Part shown: piece by piece, positions 1 to 11,895 of the stretch
Layout: each line of letters opens with the position of its first letter
Numbering within the stretch: the stretch's first letter is position 1
Source: Cystobasidiomycetes sp. EMM_F5
Taxonomy: Eukaryota
Direction of reading: 5' to 3'
Length of the DNA: 64,000 bases
Assembly: GCA_051047955.1 (NCBI GenBank)
Contig: JBPGPT010000051.1
Coordinates: 1-64,000, forward strand
Notes under the pieces: model-generated
Databases searched by the model: none
The model's input: the letters and a program-made list of their open reading frames with translations, nothing else
Told to the model about the DNA's origin: nothing
Program-made: the position numbers and the translations under genes

Positions 1-182
1 TATAATGCACACGACGCATATTGTATTTCTATTTTGTCCACTTTCGAGTACCATAGTTTCCTTTGCTATTACTCGGAGCGTCGAATATCTTGATCAGCAG
101 AAAGTGCTGCAGTTTGTTGACTCCAACGCGTCCAAGCAGCTCGCTCAACCTGCTGGCAACTCGCGCAACAAGGATAGTCAAC

Positions 183-769
183 ATGCAACAGAGGAGCAAG
201 AAGTGGAAGCGAAACAAGAGCGGAGGAGTCGACTCGATGGATGCCTGCACAAGTGCAATTCAACCTCTTTCCGGGAGCGTCAAGTCCCCTGAGAGGGATG
301 GCGCAAAACCTGTAGCCCAACGTCAGCATAGCGAGCAGGACTTCGCCGACGAGTCGACTGCACTCGTAGACAGTTCATCTGTTCTGGTCTGGGCGGATGA
401 GCACTACAAGCTGCCAACGATATGGCAGCCCGTGGAGCTGTTTAAGCTGCTGTGGCAGCGGTATGAAGCGACTTTCGCCATCTCTATGCTGGAAACGGTG
501 AGTTGCCATGGTTCATTTACGTCCTCTTGTCATTACTGAGCACCTCCTCGCACAGTGGGAAAGCGTACTCCTACGTCCGTATAGACAGCAGCCTACAAGC
601 GTCTGCTGACAGAGCTAATCCTGTAATGACAGATTGCATCCTGCTATTCCTCGTTTGGCTTCTGTACTGGGCCTGTTGGACGTATCTCCCCAATCACATC
701 CGAGTGGTGTCTGGACGGGTTCTATACTACATTCTCGGTTCCGACTCGTCAGCGACCAAACTGGCGTAG
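183..769 (+). CDS. Serine palmitoyltransferase small-subunit-like protein (SPT_ssu/DUF3317), 3 exons
   Basis: Splicing at GT-AG introns ~498-555 and ~575-632 gives ...WQRYEATFAISMLETWESVLLHCILLFLVWLLYWACWTYLPNHI..., matching the ssSPT pattern (YE.TF...ML..WE, TM helix, YLP.HI). The start ATG at 183 is tentative. Confidence 0.7.
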
Positions 770-960
770 CTGCCATAAGCCTAATGCACCCCATCCGATG
801 GACCCTCGGATTCCACCAGCATTGCCGCGAGCTCGCCTGTACCTCACTCGTAATGTCGCGCTTCTCGTGCGACCCTTGATTCTCGGCTTGGCTAGCCGGA
901 GCCGTACACTACCGATATCATTGCGTTCCGTCCCGCGCTCATTGTTTGACAATACGTTGC

Positions 961-1669
961 TTACGCCGCAAGACCATAAAGTTTGGCGAAGGGATCCATG
1001 CTAGAATCCTTTTGACGAGTGTACTCGCTTCTTGTGGCGACTAAGTCTGCAACCTCGTCGCCGTGCATCTCCGCAATGAAAGCGCACATAAGATCCATGC
1101 CAGCACTCACGCCCGAGCTCGTGTAAATGTTGCCGTCTACCACCCAACGCGCCTCTGGCACCCACTTGACGTTCGGCCCCTGCTGTTCCACCTGCGAATG
1201 AAAGACTTCTCAATATAGGCTTAATTAAGTAGTCGCCGTGATTTAGTACCCAGCGAAAAGCGGCCTTGTTGGATGTAGCCCTTCTGCCGTCAAGCACGCC
1301 AGACCTCGCAACAATGACAGTCCCGGTACAGACAGTCATCAGATACCGCAGTTTGGGATAGATATTTTTGACAAATTCGACCGCAGAAGCGATGATTTGG
1401 TCGGTACGACAACCCATTCCTCCTGGGATGAGGAGGACTTCAATGTCTTGAGGGCATGTCGAAAAAGTATGCGTGGGTACCATCAATTGATTGCACGGCT
1501 TGCCGGGGTTTGTTGGCACAGGTTCCAGCGATTCGGCAAGGATGTACAGTGTGGCTTGATTGTGCAGAGTTGATAGCAGATTTATCATGTCGAGTGGTCC
1601 ACAAACGTCCAAAAGCTGGAAGCCAGAAAATAATGCGACACCATACTTGGTCGGCGGAGGAGGTGACAT
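961..1669 (-). CDS. DJ-1/PfpI (ThiJ) family protein
   Basis: Motifs FSGFQLLDVCGP, LLIPGGMG, TVCTG, GRRATSNKAAF and DGNIYTSSGVSAGMD. One intron at ~1192-1250 joins the two ORFs. Confidence 0.9.
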
Positions 1670-1869
1670 CTGCCCAGATGCAAGTGCCAGCGATACGACA
1701 CGGTCAGATGTTGTTCGAATGGAGTATCGCCTATCCGCGTGAGGGCAAGCTTGACAATGACCGAGCGCGACCGGTCGAAATAATCACCGAATGACTTCCC
1801 GAGTTTTGGGATTCACGATATTACGAGCTGTTGCATCAAGACCACATTGCGTCTAGCCATTCTGTGACC

Positions 1870-3267
1870 ATGACTGTTCAGATTGAGAAAGCTGTAGGGT
1901 TCAAGACGGATCCGCTACCAGTCGCCTGGAATCAGCGCGATCTCCTGCTTTATGCCGTAAGCATCATGATATCGGTGGCAGTCTTGGCCTTAACAATCCA
2001 TTGTGTTTAGACGGGAATAGGGGCTCGAGATGATGACCTGGAGCTTACTTACGAGCTCAATAAAGCTTGGAAGCCGTTCCCAACATATCCACTTGTATTG
2101 GGCCTAAGTGCGTAAGAGCGATTGTCGCGATCCGAGCCGAATCTCTGACAAAATCCGCTATCTCAGAGGGTGATTCTCCTGATGTGACCAACTTTTCTGA
2201 AATGATTAAGGGCAGAGGCGCTAGCCCGCCAGGCATGCCTAAGCTCGATCCGAATAAGTGCGTGAGATGCTAGGTTTGCCGAACTATTGCTAATTTACCC
2301 CAAGAGTCGTCCATGCGGAGCAGACCATTCAAATCTTGAAGCCCTTACCCACGCACGTCGAGCCCAAGGACGGCTTCAAACTCATTCGCAGCATTGGAGG
2401 CGTTCATGACAAGGGTCTGTTTGCCGTCTCCGCATTCGTCCTCAACTAACTTGCCCGCCAGGCAAGGGACTCATCATTGAGAATGTCGCTACACTCGTGT
2501 ATGAATCCGGGATTCCTTTTCGGCTCCTTTGTCATTGATCACGCCTTTCCTCCAGAGACGGACGTGGGGCAGAATACTGCCACATGGTCTCGTCCAGTTA
2601 CAACTTCGGCAAATTCGACCTCGGCGGTTTCTCTAAGTCGGTATCACCAAAGTTGTCTGTCGACACGAAGAAGACTGCACCTAAGAAGAACCCAGATTAC
2701 ACCGTCACTGACAAAACGACAGCGGAACAGGCGCTCATTTATCGTCTTTCTGGGTACATCATACAGTTTATAGATGTCTTGTGCAGTCGACTGATTTCCA
2801 AAATTCACCTAGGGATTACAATCCGCTTCATGTTATTCGACTCCCTGGTCGTAGTTCAGCAGGATAGGCTAATGCTGGCTACCCTCGCAGATCGACCCGG
2901 AGATCGGCAAGAAGCTAGGCTTTGGCGGCTGCATCTTGCATGGCCTCTGCTTCTACGGAATAGTAAGCTGGTTGCGGCTCTATGAAGGTGCCATATTTGT
3001 TAATAAATAAACCTGCTGCAGGCTGCCCGCGCCATTGTCAAACACGTCGCTGATGGGGATGGATCTCGTCTGAAGGAGATGGGCGGTCGCTTTACGTCTC
3101 CAGTGCTCCCTGGGCAGACACTCACGACTCTGATCTGGGTGCAACCAGCCAAGAGTGGTAATGGCATTCGAGTTGATTTTGCTCAGCAAATCAAGGAGAC
3201 CGGGAAATGGAGTCTAGCTGGATGCGCGCTCGTGGAGGGAGACGCGAAGGCAAAGAGCCATCTGTGA
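1870..3267 (+). CDS. Peroxisomal MaoC-like (R)-enoyl-CoA hydratase 2, multi-exon
   Basis: Spliced product contains RDLLLYA.GIG, VVHAEQ, the hydratase-2 motif YRLSGDYNPLHIDP, ILHGLCFYG and RFTSPVLPGQTL. C-terminal SHL is a PTS1-type signal. Confidence 0.88.
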
Positions 3268-3522
3268 TGCATGAATCCAATTGTTGCAGTCGCTGCACGG
3301 TATCAGAGTAACGTACGTTATCGGGTCTTACGCCGAACATGTGGTGACCGACGCCATGAGTAGCTTGTGTTTAGCCAAGATTCTACGGTTTGAAAATCAT
3401 TTTTTTGGAACGGCTGCTCGAGATATACGAGATATGCGCATTGGACACATCGGCAATTGAGTAAAAAGTGAAAGCACGATGGCATCAACAACAAGCACGG
3501 TGCAATCTATACTGCGTTAATT

Positions 3523-4968
3523 CTAATGTACGTAGACTAAGCTGATCAGAGCAAGGGCCGTGAGTATACAAAATGTCCGTGATGTGGGTGATTGCAGGGA
3601 CGTTCCGCCGTTGTTGGCTGCAGTTTGTCCGACCTGCAGAGAGCTGCTCGTAGGCAGGGAACTGTTGGCTATACAATTTGAGGTAATGCACAAAGTGGTC
3701 CGCTCAATGGCTTTACCCGGGTCACCGGGACCGGTAGCTCCATCTGACCATTTGTATTGGCCGAAAATAAACGTTTGTGCCGGGTCACTTTTGAGCAGGG
3801 CTTTGTTTCCCCATTTGCCAACCTGCTGTAGGTAGCCGACTCCAGGCGGACCGGCCGACCATGTTGACGCGTTCCGTCCACCAGCAGTGACAAAACCCGA
3901 TGTCTTGCTATACCAGTAGCCGTCATAGTTCTTTGCCGCGTCCCACCTGGTAGTCGCAGTTGTTGTATCGTATACGAGGCCAATGATGTTTGGCACCAGA
4001 TTGAAGACGCCGGCAACGGGATAGTTTGCGTGACCTCCCTTGGCAACGTATACAATGGGTCTTTGTCCCTCCTTCTGCATGGCGCTGAACTCATACGCGG
4101 CTCCATCATTATGCTGAGATAAGAACATGTAACGAGGCTGCCCATCGTAAAAGCGGATCATAAGGTGTTCGATGTCTGAAAGCTGTAAATTGGGTGAGCG
4201 TTTAGCTAAATTGGACCAATGACAGGCAAAATGGTGCCGGACATACGTGGTTACCGTATGTCTCGCCTCCTACATTGTCGCCTTGGTTGAATGAGTAAAA
4301 TAAGAAATAGAAGACGTCCACCACTCCCGGCGCAACACTGGCTGTTTTGTTGACAGCGATAATGGTAACGTTTCCTCCTGAGTAGCCACTCGAATCCGGC
4401 TTGCCGTAATATCCATGCCACCAGTCAGGATACGGAGTAGCGGTCAGATTATTCTGAGACAGGAAGAGTCCGGTACTGATAGTAAAGTTGAGGTTGGCGA
4501 GTGTTAAGGGTTTCGGATAATTCGTCATCGGGGTATAGTCGCTCCATGGCGTCAAGAAGGCTGCAATGGTAGTACTAAGTCATATAACAGTATGGCGTTA
4601 TGGTAGCACTAACATAAATGATACGCCCACGAACTAGGCCAGTATTCTTCGCCATCCGCAAGATAGAGTACAGGAGCATAGGTGATTGCGTAATCAGGCA
4701 GATAAGGATTCGCTGTTGATAAAGGTGTCGATGGAACGTTTGTCGTGTTTTGAGCGTCTTTCGGGTTTGGTTGGCTATCTGGGAGGAGTATACTTGTCGA
4801 TGACGAACGGGAAGAAGATGTCGCAGGGTTTTGGCGAGCGATAAGCGTGGGTAGCTCGGCTTTCTTCACATTCCGGATGACCTGAGATTGCGCAGTAGGC
4901 TGTAAGGCCGCGTCGACAGAGATGGCGAGCAGACTGATTGACAGAATCGCTTTCGCTCTGACAATCAT
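3523..4968 (-). CDS. Vps62/DUF946-like secreted, probably GPI-anchored protein
   Basis: N-terminal signal peptide. Motifs YAPVLYLADGEEYWPSS, YFLFYSFNQG, GNHV..IEH.MIRF, FLSQHNDG and VYVAKGGHANY. Ser/Thr-rich then hydrophobic C-terminus. Two introns. Confidence 0.75.
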
Positions 4969-5380
4969 GCCGAGCGATTGATGAGGGTGGCGAGCCAAGC
5001 AGGAAGAGGAAGAAGCAGAGCGCCTTGCTTCCGAATGCGTGCTGGCGACGGCGGCGGCCTCAAATGATACAGTGGTAGGAAGATGGTCTACAATCTTCGA
5101 AACCTCTCCCTGTCCCGTTGGCTCTGGCCGCTTTGGGAGAAAAATGACTCACGTGATTTTTAGAGATCTACATTATTCAGATTCAAATGGGAAAATACGA
5201 TAATTCTTCTACGATATCTCTCTGGCAGAGCATTCAATGAACGATTTCAACTGAGTGCAAGAATGCGAGAAGAGGGGAAGATCGCTCAATGCAAAATGCA
5301 ACCGGCTGAAAAGACTGTGTGTCCAATATGAACGCACACATGACCTTGCCGTCATATTGAAAATGCCCGGCTAGCTCAGT

Positions 5381-5439
5381 GTAAGCTTAAAGCATAATGC
5401 CGTCCTGTCTTCGAAAATTCTCACACATATCCTTATCAG
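5381..5439 (+). other. Spliceosomal-type (GT-AG) intron inside the tRNA D-loop, between tRNA positions 16 and 17
   Basis: 59 nt long. 5' GTAAGC, branch-like CTCAC at 5420-5424, pyrimidine-rich CCTTAT, 3' CAG. Size and signals match the mRNA introns elsewhere in the window. Confidence 0.8.
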
Positions 5440-5460
5440 CGGTAGAGCATTAGACTCTTA

Positions 5461-5478
5461 CGTGCACTGCATGGGAAT
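5461..5478 (+). other. Canonical tRNA intron at position 37/38
   Basis: 18 nt (CGTGCACTGCATGGGAAT) starting one base 3' of the CTT anticodon. Its removal restores a 7-nt anticodon loop. Confidence 0.9.
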
Positions 5479-5518
5479 ATCTAATTGTCGCGGGTTCGAG
5501 CCCCGCGTTGGGCTCCTC

Positions 5519-5523
5519 TTTTT
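5519..5523 (+). terminator. RNA polymerase III oligo-T terminator of the tRNA gene
   Basis: TTTTT beginning 5 nt after the discriminator base. Confidence 0.7.
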
Positions 5524-5642
5524 ACCGGTTGGCTTCTACTGGAATGCATGCGAAACATTGTCCCTTTTTGCGCTGAACTTGAGAGTCGCTCGACGCATCT
5601 CCTTGCTCGCGCCTGTCCCCATACTTGCACGATGCCTGAATA

Positions 5643-8600
5643 ATGACAGACTCTGTTAACACTTCCCGCTCAGGCTCGCCCAGCACACCTCACCGAAAGC
5701 CGTCGCAGGATGCGCACCCTTTGGTCGATGACGATGGCAATACCGCTCCAGACAAGACCGCCAGTAAGGCCGCAGCGAGCAATCCCATCCCGTATAAAGC
5801 TAGAACTCGCCAGTCTCCATCATCACGGGCTAGTACGGCCATGTCGGGAGCGCCTGTGTTGACTTCGCCCAAAAATATCATACCAACGGTTGCTGCAACA
5901 TTGTCGAATACCGTCCCATCACCCACCTCTAGCGAACGGTTGAGTGGAAATCCCTCAAAGGTTGCATCCAAGCTCAAATTGCAAAGTCTGTACTCGTCCC
6001 TAGCGGTTGCCGGCTTGCAACCCAATAGCGCAGGTTGGCTGCTTGTGCAGAAGCTTGTCGCGGAACCAGCCTCCGACACTCAGCACTTATTGGGTACGAT
6101 TCTAGGTTCTGGGAAAGTGTGTCTGTTGTTACCGCTCGAGGAGATGAGTGCTTCAGACATCGACATGGATTTCATCAAGCGCCATACAATTCTCAGAGAC
6201 GAGGCTTCCATCATAACGTTGACAGGCTTACGAGGGATAGTATCAGAGTATGTAGCTGCTTTGCGCTGGTCAGTAGTTCTCCCGTACCTGATCTATTGTT
6301 CCGTTAGCAATACTATCAGCCTGCAGAGTGCCGGTGCTGACATAAATACAGACGACATCGCAGCGTTCGAGTCTGTCCTCTCAAACTTGGCGCAGCATAC
6401 GTCTCTGACGACCAAGCCAGGGCCGTCTGCGACTGACATTGTGCTAGGCATGCCAATCGACATCTATCTGTCCACAACTCCATCCGGTGCCGCTGCAGGT
6501 CCAGCTAAACCACCTACCCGTCGCTCATTGGTGAGCCTGTTTGGCGGTCAGCGAGCGCCATCATATGCATCGTCAGACCCGGCAGGTTTGGCGCCAGCTG
6601 CGATTATGGAAGTTTCCTCTACAGCTCAGCAACGCGTGACTGCTTGGCCTGTACAGCGCATCCTACGTCATGAACAATTGTCAGCTGCAATCACATCGCA
6701 TGAAGGTTCGAGAATTCGTACTAGACTTGAAAACCAAGACAGACTGGTAAAGGAGATGACGCTTTCGTCAGTTGCCAGGACCTGTTTTGCTACAAACAGC
6801 ACCATCTGAATGCTTGCTTTCGCAGCCTACTATCTCGTTTTGATCAATCTGCCCACACAAATGTTGAGTATGTATCGTCTCCGGAAGTGGATACCCCGCA
6901 TCAATCTCTAGTTGGAGCACACGTGGATACGCTAACGTCGGTGATTCAAGAATTTTACTTTGATGCTCGATCTCGAATGGAGGATGCAAGAAGCGAACGT
7001 ACGGCGCTGCAGGAAGCGCTTAACGTAAACGATTATACCAGCTTAGCAGAATCTGCGGACAATCAAAGTCTCGACGAAGAGTTGGAAGAGCTCGAGGCAT
7101 TCTTGTGCGAGGAACTGTATGAACAGTACGTTGTCTATGCTGACAACCATCGTACACCGAGCTCCATGGCTGAATGACATGAAGTCTGTTTTCGCCTTCG
7201 GGGTCCAGTGATCGGATAGAGGACGAAGCTCTCTCTTCTCGTATTGCTGCGCTGAATATGCTCGATCTGAGCTTGAAACATTTGGGAGTCTCTTTCGACG
7301 ACGCGTCAGACTGGAGTGAGCATCGCCAGACATTGAGCGAGGGTCTGGAGGCTGTGATTACATCATGCATCTCAGGTAGGTGTCGCACACATAATTTGTT
7401 TTTTATCGTGCCTGATATTGTAATTTACAGAGTTTTCGTCACTCAGCAACAAAGATTGTCGCAGTCCTGCAGCCAAGCTCGATGTACTTATTCGCGTACA
7501 CAAAAGTATCGCAGACTCTCTTGGAACGCTACCACCTATCCGCCTCATATCTGAGGACGAAGACAACGACGTACGCGGACCACCGGCCACTTTAGAGCTG
7601 AAGACCACTCCAGCGTCCCTCCGCGACAATCCGTCCGTCGCAACGGAGGTTAAAAATTCAGAAGCGGCCACCGAGCTACCAGAGGAGAAGACACCCAAAT
7701 TCTTAGCTTCGCAAACGGCTTCGTCGGAAGGCTTACCGATACCATCGATACAATTACCTAAAGCAGCATCAACGATAGAGGGCTATTCCAATTTGGCCAC
7801 ATCAACAATAATCACTCGGAATAGTGATACATTGGAAACACCCTTCGTGGGTACATCACTTAAGCGGCCAGAGAGCGACCGAACTATTCCGTCATCTAAG
7901 ATCAGTGCAGATGCAATACTTCCTTTACTGATATACGCTGTCGTGCAAGCAAATCCTTATAAGCTGGTCTCTAACGTATTATTCGTCCAGCGTTTCCGCA
8001 GCGACCATCTGATGCGGGGCGAAGGAGAATATTGCCTTACAAACATGGACGCCGTTCGTGCCTTTCTCACGAATTGCGATATTGCTTCGCTAGGCTTGAC
8101 GACCGATAAATTGGCGCTGTAGGTAATACTCTCACATCCGCTGAAGCACGCACTCACGCTGTCGTGTACGCCGCAGTCCGACTTCGCCAGTCCACCGGTC
8201 AAGGATGAGAGATCACGCAGCGCAGAGTCTAGATCATATGGTCGGTTCTGCAGGTAAAGTACTGGGACTAGCCGGAGATATCGGACTCGGCGGAGTGCGA
8301 ATTATGGGCGGGCTTCTGACGCGGACTGGCGCTACATTTGACGCTCGACAGCCACGAACGGTTGAAGATGTACAAAGTGTTCTCTCCGGAGGCGATAACA
8401 ACAAGCAGAGGAGTCTACGCGATGCCCTATTCCGGCGTGGGACTGTCGCCTCTGTCAAGCCTAGAATTGAGACGGAAATGGCGAATGTCATTCCCGCTTC
8501 CCCGCCGACTGGAGAGACTGGAGCGACAGCAGATAATGGAGAACCACAGAAGGCTGCTGAGCCCGTCAGCACAAACAACACGCTCGCTTCACGACTCGCC

Positions 8601-9323
8601 GGCTTGCCAGGACTCGGACGTCTTGGTGCTGCTAGTCCTGGACCTTCTACCGCCAGCAATGCAGGCAGTCATTCCACGTCACCAGCGAAGGTACGTCCAA
8701 TGCTGTTTGATCTGAACATTTTCTGATGACATCTGTTATAGGGCGGAATCTTCGCTGCGCTGACAGGGCCGTTGACTTTTCCCGCTAGTCAGCCAGCACG
8801 GCCAACGTCGATTCACAGCATATCGGCGAATAGTCAGATAGACCGCATAGCACCTGCCACCGGTACTCCCGACAGTCGTCCACTCTCGCCAACTTTGTCG
8901 ACCCTTGACGGCAGAGACCGCTCTGCTAGCTTCATGTCTCATGCCTCCCATCACGATTACCTCAATAGTCAGGTTCAAGCTGGTCGCACCAGGTCCGACA
9001 GTAACGCATCGTACACTTCGGACAGGCTTGTCGCTGCAGCCAATCGCCAAGATCTTGCTAGTCGACTAGCAAACATCGCTGCTTCGAAGCACGCACATAC
9101 GACCTCAGCTTCCTCTATCAGTAGCGGTAAATCTGGTCATCGATCTCGGCCTGTAGCCAACGAAGCCATCGCTCTAGGCGATAAAATCATGGTCAATCTC
9201 GACCCTCCGATCCAGAAATTCATGGAAAGCACAGCGGAGGATCTTAGAATGGGCGACATCGAGCTTCTGTTAGCAGATTACAAACGCCTGGCTATTGCGT
9301 TACAACAAGCCAATGCTTCATAG
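5643..9323 (+). CDS. VPS9-domain Rab5-family GEF, multi-exon
   Basis: Motifs RSPAAKLDVLIRVHK and ISADAILPLLIYAVVQANPYKLVSNVLFVQRFR...GEGEYCLTN (VPS9 core). C-terminal DLRMGDIELLLADYKRLA motif. Confidence 0.85.
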
Positions 9324-9463
9324 CAATGATCAGGTCAAGTCAAGGGTAACTCTCATACTTGCGAATCCATCAAACATGTTGCAAACGGTAGAATGCATCC
9401 AAGTAAAATGGTCTTTCTGCAGCATGCTTTCTATGCCAATCTGCGGTTGATCTGGCAACGGCT

Positions 9464-11339
9464 TCATGCCTTAGAATCGTTTTTCGAAACGGCTGCTGGA
9501 GGTACGCTCTGCCCAGCGGCAGAGCTGGCAAGATCCTTAGTGCTGTCTTCGGGACTAGAGAATTTTTCCCAGATAGTTTTATTAGGAGCATCGGCCTTGA
9601 GTACTGGAAGAGGAGGAACGGGCGGAGTATCGGCTGCCTGCTGCTGAGTCTTACTGTCTTTGACATTGCGGTGTGCAGGTGTGGAGCCAGGACTCGCCGC
9701 AGATACAAGCAATGGCGCAGTAGACGATAAACTAGACATTGACGGTGTAGATCCTGAGCGATGTCTGCTCGGCCGAACTTTCGTAGCAGATGAGCCGGAC
9801 GCAGCGGGATTAGAGGTATTTGCCCTTTGCATATAACTACCTCCAGGGTGGGCACGTTTTCCGTCGGCATCCTTCAAGGGACGCTGATAGTAGCTGTAGC
9901 GAGGGGCATTTGCGAGATCTCCACCAGGATTCGTGTTTGTCTCGAGCGGAGCGCGGGGCGCAAAACTGGACAGCGGCTTTGCATTCGGTACGTGAGCAGA
10001 GCGAGGTGCTTTGTATAGAGGAATTTCTGCCATCGCAAGCAACATTTGCTCAGCGGCAGCACGGTCCGCGATAGCAGCTTCCTTTGCACGCTCCTCGGCC
10101 AGCAGACGAGCTCGTGCACCGGTGGGGCGAGGGGGTCCACCAGAGTTTCCGCCGGTGGTAGCACGACGAGATAGACGGCGTGCTAAACCGGCAAAGCCAC
10201 CTGCGTAAACGCCGCCATCGCTCGATCGAATAATGTCGTCCTCGTCGAATTGCACCGTGCCCACGTTACCCAACGCGCTGCCTCCAGCATAGCCTTTCGC
10301 TGATGAGCGGGATCGGGTGAGGTCTGGTCGCTTGGGCGCTCCGGCTGTCGTTGCACTCTTCTTCAAGGCCGTAGAGCCGGTTAAGCCGGGAGTGTTTGGG
10401 GTTCCAGGTGTGACAGCAGCGGATGTTGCATCAATCTTCTTTACGGAAAGATAGTCTTGAGCAGCGCCAGCATCTGGATTCTTGTTTTCATCATTCTCGT
10501 CGCCCTTCTCATCGACTTGGGTGATGACTCTGCCTGACGGGGAGGGAAGCGGGGGACGATTGGGCGAAGCGGTCCGGTTTCTAGAGGAACCTACGCGCGC
10601 TACAAGGCTGCCCAGCTTCTGCTTTAGTGATGTCCTGGGCTTCAGACCCGACGAAGGTAGGTCATGCTGGATGACACGGTCCAGGTCTTCTTCGTCTTCT
10701 GAAGAGGGTGGCAGTTCTGTTGACGGGGCGAAAGCAGGCCGGTACATTGGCTCTAAAGACACAGATAATAGATCGTTAGTATCGCACGTACTTTGTACGA
10801 AGCTGTGCTATTGACGTACTACCGGACTTTGTAGAAGTGTCGCTTTGATGGCTTCGAAGGGCGGGCCTCGTACCGTTTGCACCGGTTGTTGTATCGCCAG
10901 GGGACGCCGTTTCGGCATTGCTGTCGGATTTGAGCAAGTGGTTCGCCAATACGAGCCTTCCCGAGCTGGATACTCGAATCTTGGGGGCGGCAGCCTCATT
11001 GCCGATACCGCCTTTACTGCCAGACCAGCCGTACATGCGCTCGGTATCCGACCTGACAATGGCAAGCACATAACATCAGTCCTGATGGCCTGCAAATCGC
11101 TGCAGCCTTGAAGCGCTAGTGCATTCGAGTTGTCGCCACTTTCAACGGGAAACAACCTACATGATTGAGGAGGATGAGTTGCGTCGCTGAATGGTACGGT
11201 TGGGCTGCGAGATTGCTGCTGCAGGCTGCAGAACGATATTGACAGGCTGGCCAGCTTGCATAGCGTAGAATTCCTGCATGGACATGTTTTCCGGGGCTAT
11301 CAACGATGGCAGGCGCGACGACCGTGAGTTGATGGACAT
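9464..11339 (-). CDS. Hypothetical low-complexity (Ser/Pro/Ala-rich) protein, ~3 exons
   Basis: 432-aa open terminal exon plus upstream in-register exons separated by GT-AG introns near 11159 and 10815. No recognisable domain. Confidence 0.6.
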
Positions 11340-11895
11340 TGCGTCCGCCTCTGCGTCAAACTGAGATGGGGAATGCAGTTCAGTGCATTGACAGTAACAC
11401 GGCCGCATTTGCTCTGCTCACCATGTCTGCCGTCTACTTGTGTTGTGTTTGCAAGTTGGGTCGCGCAGATGGGGTTTCAGCTCAGGCTTGGAATGAAGGC
11501 AAGAGCCGCGAGATTCAGCAGGAGGCAGAAGTGAAGGTTGCAGTCTGGTTGAGGTGAAGCCAACCTTGGTCGTTGTAAAAGCCAGTCCAAGCTGCGTCTG
11601 CGCAGTCGCAAAGCTCTGCAGCTTGTGCCCATTTGCGGCCTTTTGTTTTCTACACACCGCCACAAACCAGCAGGCGGTGAGACACTCGACTGCGACAAAG
11701 TCCGGGCAAATTGAGAGCTACGTAGTCGAATGCAAGCAAACTTCGTCATCACGTCCTGAAAGTAACTTCAAGTGTCCGCCTCCGCTAACAACGCCTTTTG
11801 ATCTCGCCATGCTGTTTCTTCAGTACCTAGCTTATACGATACGATGGAGCCCCTGAAGCGTGTCAAACATTTGCTTCCGATATATCGTAATCTCG

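Larger units (their letters stand above)
5365..5514 (+). tRNA. tRNA-Lys(CTT): tRNA-Lys(CTT) split by two introns (exons 5365-5380, 5440-5460, 5479-5514)
   Basis: Joined exons give GCCCGGCTAGCTCAGTCGGTAGAGCATTAGACTCTTAATCTAATTGTCGCGGGTTCGAGCCCCGCGTTGGGCT (73 nt). Acceptor stem GCCCGGC/GTTGGGC, D stem GCTC/GAGC, anticodon stem TTAGA/TCTAA around CT-CTT-AA, T stem GCGGG/CCCGC with loop TTCGAGC. Intact B box and a downstream T5 run. Confidence 0.93.

Noticed and set aside
5144..5157. Overlapping TGACTCA and TCACGTGA motifs upstream of the Vps62-like gene
   Set aside because: Plausible bZIP/bHLH sites, but a single short occurrence cannot be distinguished from chance.
5462..5659. 65-aa ORF overlapping the tRNA 3' half
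   Set aside because: Non-ATG start, and the region is fully explained by the tRNA.
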